A stretch of 64,000 bases of DNA from contig NMRA01000169.1 of NCBI GenBank assembly GCA_002633005.1, forward strand, positions 219,884 to 283,883. Direction: 5' to 3'. Below the pieces are notes generated by a model. That model made no database searches. It worked only from the letters and a program-made list of their open reading frames with translations, and had not been told where the DNA came from. The translations under genes were made by a program, and so were the position numbers. The stretch is from Phoronis australis. Its lineage: Eukaryota; Animalia; Phoronida. This document shows positions 37,201 to 49,200 of the stretch, one piece after another; the first letter of the stretch is position 1, and every line of letters begins with the position of its first letter.

Positions 37201-40200
37201 ATGCTGAGCAAATGCTATTTAATTTATTCGTGGGACTCACACACAGTACTGTTGTATTGCATGGTTCCCTTTGCAGGATCTGTTTGAGTACACATTGGTA
37301 CAACTTCATGAACTGTGGGATGAGATCCAGAGCCAATCGGAGGACAGGAGACAGTGGGTTAGTGAGATGGACGGTGTTTTGCTGTCTGTTGAGAAGGAGA
37401 GGATGGGCAAGGTAAATCAGGGTTCAAATATGGTCAGCAAAATCGTGTGTCTAGATCCCGACAGGACTGGAAAATGTGCGACTTTCACAAAGTAATGTCT
37501 GGTTTTAAAGTGTGACTTTTAAGAGGTCTCCGGTGATACAAGCTTGCTGCCCTTTATCTGGTTAAAATTCTGCAAAAATATGAACCATTGTCGCAAAAAT
37601 GCATTGAAATTTGAACATTTGGTGAGGATGATGAATTGATATATAACAATTACTGAATTTGCAGGGACGATTATCTGTCGTGGGATGTTCTGTTAGGAAA
37701 AATTGGCAGACGAGTACTTCTCTTAATGTTATGTTACATGTTGTTTGCTTCTCATCAAGTCAATCACAGCAAACATCTTTGGCAAAGTTTTGAATTGTTT
37801 CAGTTATATTTTAGTGCATTCAATAGGTTGCTTGCTTAGTTGAGTTTCCTGAAATGTTAGAAAATGGAATACATGACAACAATTGTCACAAAATCAATAT
37901 TTTTGCTTTTTGAAGCATTACTGAATATTAACATGTTGGCGCGACTTATTTTGTAATAACAAACCTTTGGGACTATTAACTGTGGCTGAAATTATGAAAA
38001 ATGATAGCATAGAACCAAGTGTGATGAAAATTTTGCTGTTTGAGACAACTATCATTGCTTCAAGTTGCGTTGACCTTCAACTTGAAATAGGAATGCTTAA
38101 CACAGGTTCAAAAAAGACTGTCTGTAAGTTTCCAATGATATCACCATCTTGTTCATCGTGTTCATTGTGTTGCATAGATACGGCTCGTGTTTGAGGAGTA
38201 CGCCAAAACTTTGGAGAAGATTTCACACCTCATGAAACCAGATATACAGAGACTGTTGGACAGTGAGTCACAGGTAATAGGAAAATATTGATTGGAGTGC
38301 TTATTTCATTTTTGAATTATGTTATTTGAAGTGGTTATGTATGTTTTGTAAACTTCTAATAATGAAATCAGTTGTTACTGGTTAACGAAAAACTCAGACT
38401 TCATTGTATTGTGTTCTTTAGAACATTAGAACACAAGTTACATTATGCAGGCTCTGGTACGGATGCGGTATTGGAGGCCAGAAACAACGTTCCCCGCCCC
38501 CAGCCATCTCTGCACTTCACTTATAATTTCCATTGCTTTAGTCTGGAAGATCTCATGCACACAGTATGTGTAATGTCCATTGTCATATGCTATCTAGACA
38601 ATGTTTTGGATCTGTGTCTGTTCTCTTGTTGTTAGGCAATACTAAGGGATGATTACAGACGAGAGCAACAAAGTTTGGTGTGTAGGACATCCAAACAAGA
38701 ACATTTTGAATTCAGTTGATTATCAGCAGAAATGGACAGGTTAAACTATTAACTACCTAGTAGGAGGAAATTTAACATTAAGAAAGACACTTACTTGCAG
38801 CAATGGTGTATATGTCAACACATTGATTAAAAATGTCTCAATCTAAAATCGTGGTTACGTTTTAGATGATCAACCAGGCAGTGCTGAGTAACAAGCGAGC
38901 GTATGCGGATCTGTTTACACGTCTGATGACAGCAGACATTGAACGGGAGAAGAAACATCACAATCAGTGGCAGAAACGACTGGAAGACTGGCGGCAACTC
39001 AACACAAACATAGCTGTCAAGAATTTCACGTGAGTTGGGAGACGACTGCAAAGTGTTCGCGGGAAAATTAATGTTTTCCTGATGGTAGATCAGGGGCCCG
39101 ATAATGTTTTAGAGGCTTCACGCTGATTGAAGTGATTGTAGCTCCACCTTTTGTTCTGCCTTACTTTGTGCTCAGTCATCCACTTTTAGATGTTTCATGC
39201 AGAATTAAGTGATTACAGCTGCTCCATCTGGTGTTCAGCGTGTAAGAACTCATTCATTCTCCTTTAGACTGTAGTTTTCAATATAAACTGGTTAGACTTT
39301 TACAGAATTCTGTCAATACCTCATCAAACTATGACAAACTTTTCAGTATTATTTGTCAGTTTTATCAAGCCTTTGTCGTAATAAACGTAGATCTGCGTGG
39401 TCGCTAATTGTTCATTTGTAAATGGCCTTGCAAAGTAAGTGGTTGTGATTTTGGCAAAGTAGGTTGAGCAGCATCTGTCAAGATTTGGCCAGCAAGGGTT
39501 CTTGATGAAAAGAAATATATTTAGTTGGGGTTCTGTGTGTCGAAACTTTCTTGAATTTCGGCGTTGATCAGCTTAGTTTGAAATCTTCCGTTATTGACTT
39601 CAAAAAGAATGAAGTGATCACAGCCCCATCTAGTGTTCAGCTTATACTCAAATATTCTTCTTTACAGTGACTTTATGAAGAGTGATGTGATCACAGCTCC
39701 ATCTGGTGTTAATCATGTGCTAACTGCCTTGATACAGGAGCAAGACAGGATCAACCAAAAGCGACTGGAACTCATCAACTCACTCAGGTACAGTGACCTT
39801 GGATGAAGCAGGATCCTTGTTTATGTGAAAATATCCAACATGAGAGAATATGGAATGAATCCTCTTCTCACACGGGTCAATTTAATAACTGTGTTATGTT
39901 GAAGGCTTGGCTAAACCATTAGTATGGGCCTATAGTATGGGATAAACTGGATGTTTAATAAAGTGGTATAATTACAAAACTTATCGAGAATCTGAGAAGG
40001 CCTTTTGTGAAAGCGAGACACTCATGAGAGACACTTATGGTGAGAAATCTTCCCTTATGAAACAGAAACACGAATTTGGCAGTCAACAGTCCAGCCTTAC
40101 TGACCAATCATTTCAGTGGCTGACAACCATCTCAAACTTACTTGCGAAACATTTGTTTTTCTGTCGCATGATTTTGCATGGTCTTGAGAGATTTTACTGT

Positions 40201-43200
40201 TTTCACAAGCAATTCACTCTGTGGAAAGCAACCCTGCATTTTCTTGTAACCAGTTAATAGCCTTGAGATGCCAGGATTGCTTATGACTATAGGAGTTGAA
40301 AGTCACATGTGATATGCCCTGTACCTAGGGAAGATATCACAAGGAATAATTTAATCATTGGGACACCATAAAATTCTCCTTAATGAATGTCGAACTATTT
40401 GGTTATTAGTCACAGCCAGTTCCAAAACATTACATATTAATGTTAAACACCAGCTGTTGGTGTGTAACCCTAACAAGCTTCCTCCCTTTTCATCATCTTG
40501 TAACATTGTTCCACAGAGAAATGCTGCCGCCGTCATCCACCAAAACGCGCGTGTACCAGTGGAATGACGAGCTGAAGTCATTGAGTGACCTCCTGGATCA
40601 GACTAACCAGCAGTACTTGAAGAAACTGTATGAGGAATATGAGTACTCAAGCCGCCATAGTCTACAGGAGATGGAGGAAGTCAGGGTAAGGGGCCAAGAG
40701 AGATGGAGTGAGCCGCCATGGGCACACCTCTGTTTTGGTTGAGGTTGATATCCATTCATATCAAGTTGGTGATATGGTTATCAGTCTGGTATCAGTCTGT
40801 TCATCATTCATAGCATCATTCATGGGACACCTTTTTTGATCATTTATTACAGTTGCTTAGTGAAAGGAAATCAAGACAAAATTCACGGCTGACAATAAAC
40901 CTGATGAAAAATTGTTATACAAACCATGAAATAAATATACTAGAAATAAATTGATATTGATTCAGAAAAATAGTTGATATGAATTGATTTCATCTTTATG
41001 ATGAATTATGATCAACCAAAATTCATCCAACCAACCAGTAGAAGTGAAAGACATGTTGATAGTAAGGGGGAGGATTCAAGGAGGTGGGATGCAGAACACC
41101 TAAAGATAATTCGTGTGTGGTAGCTGCCTTTGGAACTATCACCAAGAGACATGTTGTTCATCACTTACATCATGTCAATGCGCGTTATCTCATTATTAAA
41201 CTTTGTTGAGCGATGCCTTTGATGCCATATAACAGTCAAGCTACTTTATATTGGAGTAGGCTAAAATTTCACCGATTGTGGAGAAAAACAATAATTGGTA
41301 TTTTTACATTTTTCAATGGCTTCTTTGAATGTCCACAATTTCTCTGAAATATTGCCTGATGGTAGTTAGGCTGGTGTAGATCATTAAAATTGTTAAATCA
41401 CTTATTTTCTGTTACTTGCAAACATTTTGTCCCGTCAGCATGCCATTTTTTTGTCACATCACGTGTTACTTATCTTTCATGAAAAAATGGAAAAGTAATA
41501 AAATTTCACTTGTCGGCCACTTGGTGTTCTAAATTGGTGAGATTTTACCGTTATCAAACTTTCCAAGATCTTTTTTCAAAAATTAAGTTCCAAGACAAAA
41601 ATGAAATCTGATTCTGAAAGAGGACAGATCATGTACCCCTGATCAGTATTTTGTTCATCGTTTAAAACCAATTAATTTTTAAGTCCAATTTAATGACTTT
41701 TTGTGTAGTTGCTGGGAATGGGCATTTTGTCCTTACCATTGGGAGGACCTGGTTGTCAGCTGACATATTTTGATCATTTTGCAGCCAAGTGCGTCATTAT
41801 GTCAAGCCGGTTGCTCTTTTCTTTTCAGAAAAGCCTGCTGCAGTCAGGTGTGTGTGACGACACCAAGGCACACCTGGTGGTGACTGAGTCACTCATGCCT
41901 CTGATTGGTCAGCGACAACGGCTATACGAGGCAGAGATGGAGGAAATGGAAGTGAGTGCTAACCAAAACGGTGGCCATTTTGACTTTTAACTCATTGTGG
42001 CAGATCATGAGTACCATTGTTCTGCAGATAGAAAGAACCATATCTAGAATAGGCCCAGTGGACGTACACAATAAATAAATTTTCCACAGATATGCTCAAG
42101 GAATATGGGAAAAATTATGCATGGAAAAATTCTTAGGAAAAGGACACTAAAATGGCGACTAAAATATTTTCAGCAATAAAGTCCAACCTGTGGGTACAGT
42201 CATATGTCAATGATGTTGTGTATTTACTAGGCTAAGACTGAGTAATTTGTCACAAGAATTATCCATTTGCCTGGTGGTTACAGTATTGATAAATCCGAGC
42301 ATATGCTTGGATTTGACTGTTGGTCCCTAAACTTATATTTTCTGAATGTACACCCCGGGATTGTAGGAAATTCTGGTTCTCTCAAAGTATTTATTGCATC
42401 TCTAACTTTAGACTTTTCTGTTACTTCTTAGTCAAGTTAATGTGATTTATGGAATAGTTGGCATCATTTTAACTTTTATTTGACAAAGTACCAATCTATT
42501 ATAGGGTTATATTACCATGTATTTAAACAGTTACATTTGTGTTTATGCTCATGCACATGGTCTCCCTTTATTGGTTACATTTTGTATGTTTTGTCTGGGT
42601 TCATGTCTTATTATTTTGCATGTTCCTTGTAAGAGACCACCACAGAAATACGTGTTTCAGTCACTCTGTGATGCTGCTCTGGTTGTACACGTATTGTTTG
42701 TCTCATGATTTGTATTACCATAATGTTTATTTGTTATCACATCTCATCTAAACTGTCATTCATTCAGTTGTGTGTGTAGCCCAATACAACCGGTCAGTCA
42801 TTATCATGGCAAATTATGCAAGGTCATCATGCTTGCCTTAATCGAAGTTGTCTCCCCTCTTCCAGAAACATGTAGAAGAGCATACCAACTATATGAACAG
42901 ACAGCTCAAGTCACTCTTTAAGTATTGCCAGGGAGCAGCTCATGCCTGGGACCTGCACGAGATCGGTCTTGGCAAGCAGGAGCGTGCTCTACAGGAGAAA
43001 TTGGAAACTTGTCGGCACCACCATGATAATATTAACCAGGTATTTTTTCGTGTCTATTTGACTTGTGGCTGATCCTTACTGTTGTTTTGGAAGTAGTTTT
43101 CAGTTTTGCTGGTCATATAGTCAGATGTACACGTTGACCATTACCTAACTTACTAAATGTTTGTTTGTTGGTTGTTCTATCATTATCTGACTCTTTTCCA

Positions 43201-46200
43201 TTTATAAGTATGCCATGCAATCTTAGTGTTTTACATATTGCTTTGTATGATTGTTCTTGTAATACGTTAATACAAACATGAGGACCCTCTTTGAAACTGA
43301 ATTCATGCTTCCTCATTTTTTTAGCATCAAATGAGTTAGTGGTTATATTCAAGTATAATAGCTCACTTGCGAGTTTCTCGCTAGTCACTGTGACGTCACC
43401 GGAAAGGGGGCAAAACCCGCCATATTGCTTTTGTTTTGCCCCGAGTCTTTGCTACACATGCTAAAACTTACTGGAGTTGTTATGGTGAATTTTACACTTA
43501 AAACGTTAAAACAACTTAAGATATGGTAGATGGGTCGTGGAATAACTGTGAATAGACGAAGAAAATGTGACCTTGTTATGTTGTGCGAAGCTGTGAACGG
43601 ACTGAAATTGGAACTTAACCCGCTCTAGGCCTGAATGGCGCAGGCATACAGGGGCGATAGTGTATCCCCATAAAAAGATATTCACTTCAAAATACAGCAA
43701 ATAAAATCAAATGAAACATGCATATGTGCACATGAAGTTATAATTAACACATACCCTGACTCTGGACACAATTTAGTCTACAAATAACTTGAGCATATTC
43801 ATGAAAACCTCGCGGTTCTCTCGAATTTCTCTCACTAAAGAGCCGCCATTTTGAGGAAGTTACGTGAAATCACGCCTGTTGACGAACAAAAAGTCCAAGG
43901 GACACAACATGAATCAAATTTCACTTGATATTTTCTCATGCTATTTTGCAAGTCACGCGCCAGATCTCGCGCTTCGCTCAGTCTCGCGCTAACCTTTGCC
44001 TCATACTCACCTGACTCAGTTGAAATACTTGATTGTGGCAATCGCGCGCGCGGACAAAGTTAACTGTCAGTAACCACAAAGTGGAGTTGGAATTCTTCGC
44101 CTAAGTCACCTGAATTCCCGTGCTTCATCGAAGATATGTTTAGAAGCAGAAAGAGTCACTGAAGAAAGTAAGAGCCATTTAGGTGCTAATTTTAGGTGTA
44201 GAATGTATTTTCGACGAGGTGAAAACTTTATCAGTGAGCGGATTTCGCCTACCGCCCGTTTAAAATACACGGGACGAAACTTAGTACAGAACGCGATAGA
44301 ACGTTTTGTAGTGCGAATCTGAAGTTCATTTGCCATAACAGCAATGCTTTTGGACATTTTTCGAACTAAACGGCTAAAAACTCGAAGACAATAACAGAAT
44401 ACACTCTGTTACCGTATTGGGCAAATGACCAAACGACAAGCTTTTGCCCCACTTCCCGTGACGTCACAGTTAAGTCTCACATAATCTCGCGTTATTGTTA
44501 TAAACTCGCAAAAGGCCTATTCGTTAATTGTGTTTTAATCACCCAAAAATTAAGATACCCTTGATCGTTTCTCAGTGTTCTTTATGTCTCTTTCTAATGG
44601 GTAATTGGAAATTACATAAAATTAAATGTAAATAAGGCGAAATTTATGTTGTTTGCAGTGTGGATGTTTTAGATTTAGTTTGTCTTGTAAGTTGGTATGT
44701 TCAAGCATGTTTTACGTGCCTTTCATCAAAACATTTAGCAGAAGGATATGCCATGACTTCTCAATGTTAATTGGATGCTGTAGGAGCGAGAGGCCAATCT
44801 CGACATCACCATGGACCGCATGAGGCAAGATGGCAATGAGAGCCACCTGGAGCAGAACTTGAAGCGAGCCTTGGAGATGTTGACCACAATCAAACATGGG
44901 TGAGTATGACAATCCTCACCCAAAAGGAATTGCAAAAATTGTCTTTCTCCATTTTCCAAAGGCTGGTTACTTTTAATGGAAAATTTTCCATATTTGCTTT
45001 TAAGACACCTACAAACCTTGTTCGCTGTGTTTTTTTTTTGAGAAATTTGATTATTTCACTTGTCGACCACATTGTGCTCTGAATACGTGAAGAATTGCTG
45101 TGTCTTTTGACCAGTGTTGGGACTGTTTTGTAGTGTAAAGGTGCATTTTGCTCTGCTTAGTTGGCTAAAAACAGAAGTTGATTTAGATCTTTCACTTTCA
45201 TACTAAAGCCCTACCATAATGGCGTTCTATTTCCATTACCAACTCAAGTCACAGGTAATGTGTTTGAATACACCAGTTTAGGGTCAGACAATCCTAATAA
45301 ATTCCGAAGCCTTTTCTAGAGTTGCTGATGATTTCAAATTTGTCTTGCTAATAGTAATGGCATCAAGTTAGCATTATGGGTAAATATCACAAAATCAGAG
45401 AGGGCACTGTCTGGTATTTTGTGATGTGTTGTTTAAATGTGTTGTAAGTTATGTTGAAGAAACTCCTCCACTAGATAGTTTTGATTGGAAATGCGCGTTG
45501 ACCAGTGTGCCCATCTTCTTTAAAACTCAATCTTGTTACTCGTACTGAAAGTGGTTGTAGATTTAAGAAGAACAGTTCCAGTTCTGTGTAGTTGGAAGCA
45601 GATCATTGTACTATGAGCTGGCATTTAGGGTTTGGATGTATGTATGCCTAAACAATGTGTGTCCCCTCACGTTGGAGTTGTTTAGACTTGTCAAGATTCT
45701 CTATTCTGATAACGGGTAAAACTTTATTGATTCGTATTAGCATATTAAAATAATGCAGGGGCGGATCCAGGATTTTGAGTTAGGGGGGGCCAGGGCAGAG
45801 TATTAGCCTAGGATTTTCCCCAACAGACATTCGCACCCCCGTACTGCCAAATGGAATCTGGGAGAATTTTAGGGGGGGGGGCGATGGCCCCCTTGGCCCC
45901 CCCCTCTAAATCCGCCACAGTAATGCATCGCAATATGCCATAAATGTCATGTTTATACCAGGTTTCTGAAAGCTGGTTATGCAAGCAATAATCCACAGGC
46001 GAACCATCAAGACCCACAGGGGATTGGGTTGAGCACGGTAGTTTACCTTGGACCTCTAGTAAGTAATATTCAACTTATTTGTGTTTCAGATATGAAGAGT
46101 TCCACAGTGAGCAGCGCACCCTTGTGGAGGAATACCCAACTATGGTACAGGATGAGCTCAACAGCTACGATCACGCTCTGTGCAGATTCTTCGGTATCGA

Positions 46201-49200
46201 CAGACGGCCCCCTGAGGTGGGGTGCTCTTGCTTTTATGAACTCTATGATAGTAACGACCTCTACTGGACATATATATAAAGGGGCATTTTGTTGCTAATT
46301 AACGTTCAAGGTTGAATTCTTTAACTGAAGGGCTTTGGGTTTTAATACGGTAACCATTACCATGCTCATCCGATGTTGAATTGTTGCTGAATTCTTAGTT
46401 TTAGTCCAACCCCAATAAAGTCTGAAGCATTTTGACTGGCTGAGGGATATGTTCTTGTTGGTTGATATGGAAATAGAACCCTATCTTGGTAAAGAATGTT
46501 TTGAGACCAGTATGAGAGCTAAGGGCGCAATTAGATTTTCATTTTTAGCCTACTACACTGAAGAATTTTCACGGTAATATGCAGATTCTAATTAAAACCA
46601 GGTTACTCAACCACACAAAATACGACTCGGGTATTTGAAGTTTATTTCTTTATCAGTAATTTGTTTCATTATAAAAAACAATAAAAACTTTTTAAAACTG
46701 GTGAATAGTTGTATAAAGCCCCCCCCCCCTCCTCCCCCCCTCCTTTCAGATAATCCTGCCATGTCAGTCATACTCTTCTGTTTTAGGAGGTAAATCAGGA
46801 GAGACAGGAAGAAGCAGATAAACTACGTGAAGAGAATGCTGGGTCACCGCACCCGCCAAACAAGTTCAAGCAAGCTCAGACGCAGATGATAAAGAAGAAG
46901 AAGCATGATGATGAAGATCAGGATGATGCTGTGAGTAGTTCCATTGTTCACCCGCAGGTGTCAGGGCTACACTTACCTGTTGTGTGTGTGTGTGTGTACA
47001 TTTGTTGCTGCTTGGTTTGCTCTCCATTCGAGTATGTACACGTTTGGCCTATTAGTGTCAGCGAATGAGGTTTCTTCAGTCTTTTTTCCAACTGGCAAAG
47101 GAATATTTTTGTATATATTTTTTCAAAATCTGTCATAACTTGTTCTCAGAGGTCAGCGTTGAAGTTTAGTTAAAATATACTCAGGAGACAATAGACAATT
47201 TTATTTTGCTCCAGACAAATTGAAGTATCTGTGACAGGAAAGCAAAATAATAATACTTGGAACTTGAAGATTGCCAGAAGAAATGACATGCTTTGTTGTT
47301 GAGCAAACTTAATCTTGAATGGGGACAATGAACCTGGTCGGGTATACTGAAAAAGTAGGCATGAAGTATTTGGGTACATTTTGTTTCAGCCAAGATATTT
47401 TTCTTTCTTGAAATCTCACCAAAAATAATTGCCAAAATTCTTTATTTTTTATTTTGCAATTAAAGTCTTCAAAGTTTTGAATGCTGACAACCTTTCAAAA
47501 CACCGCCCAATCGTAGCTATAGCATAGAACTTCAATGTGATAAAGCGTTTGATATTTGGCTCTACTTAATCTTTTGTGAAAAAATGAAAAGTAAAACTTC
47601 CATTGTCTGCCATATTGTGCCAAGAAATGATGTGATATGTTGAGGTGACCTGGGTTCCACCAGGCTTTGATTTAGTAGAACCTTATTGACTAGTCTATGT
47701 ATTAATGCAAATATCTACAAGATTGTCGAGCTTCAACTCTGACAGTAAAATTAGATGTTTTCTGATAGAAGAAAGCGTATTGAATTTGAAGTTTGACTTT
47801 ATTAATTAATTCTTAATCTGCTTTTAATTGGGTCATGTTACCACTATATTATCTTAATTTAACAAAAACGAAATTAATAAAGTACATCGGATTCCACAGT
47901 ATAAAATGATATCAATATCATTGACCAAATAGCATTTGGTATAAGTGTTCAATCTCAAAAACAATGTTATAGTTTTATAAATAATTAGTATCTTGTCTTC
48001 ATTTTATGCAACTTTTGGGTTCAATCATTGAAATCATAAAAGTTTATATTATTTTGTAACCTCTGATGGAAAAAATTAATGGAAAATTTTAAAAAACAAG
48101 CATTTTGAAGTACACCGCATCAAACACAATTTCATCTGCAAGTTTCACGTGATCCAATCAGCTATTTCTGACTGAGATGATCTAAACCAAATGTGGACAT
48201 TTTTCAAGAGTACAACATAACCTTAATGAAATGATGGCAGTTAACTGCAGTTGTGTGAGGGGTTGGAATGACTTCCTTCCTTGTTTTCTGTTTCATCTGA
48301 ATAAAAATACTAAATAATTAGCTGATTCACTGGATAACTCTGCTTGTTTCATGTGATGTGTTGTGTTAGTGTTGTTGGACCGCCATAACTTTCAAACAAT
48401 TGATCCCAGTGGTCTCCTTCCTGAAAAGTGACGCAAGACTTTAGTCAGAAATATGGTCTTACACTTCGCATAGCTATTTTATGAAAAATATAATCTCACT
48501 TAATATGCAAAAGTCCAAAGTCTCTTGGAATATATACACTGATGCTAGTTCCTTACTTATCACTTATTTCTGCACTAAGTAGCGTTAATCACTTGATGGC
48601 TAAAACCTTATTTATTTACTGCAATAATTGTGAAGTGAGATCGCGGAACCTAAGTTCTGTCTTACGTATCAAGTCACTTTGATGAAACAAAAACCTGGCT
48701 GGTATTTCCTGTGACAGTTGTTGATTTTTTACCGTAGTCTGTGGAGAGTTTGTGCACAATACTGAGTCATTTAAATGAGTAACAGTAACGACATTTTTAT
48801 TGTAAAAAAGCTTTCATGCAGAACAACACAGCATAGAGTTTGCACATCTAAAAGCCACATGGGGTTTTAAAACACCTCAAGTCTAGTTGTTGCTACCTCT
48901 GTTACTGGTGGTGTTCACCAAAGCGTGATGATTTATAGTCAACATACAGTGTATAATACTGTAGCACAGGTCAAGTGATTTCCAAAGATGTGGTGGATCA
49001 ACTAGATGTCCTCATAAATCCTAAATGCAGGGTGACCCAAAAACCCAACCCATAAGTAAAATAATCAGCTAATCCTACATTAAGAGATTTTAAATTTTGT
49101 ACTCTTAGGCTGCAGTCTATTAGTGGTCTTTCACAAAGTTTTAACTGTAGAAGTAAGTTTGCTCTGATTTTTCTTTCCAAAGAATTTAATATTAATGATT

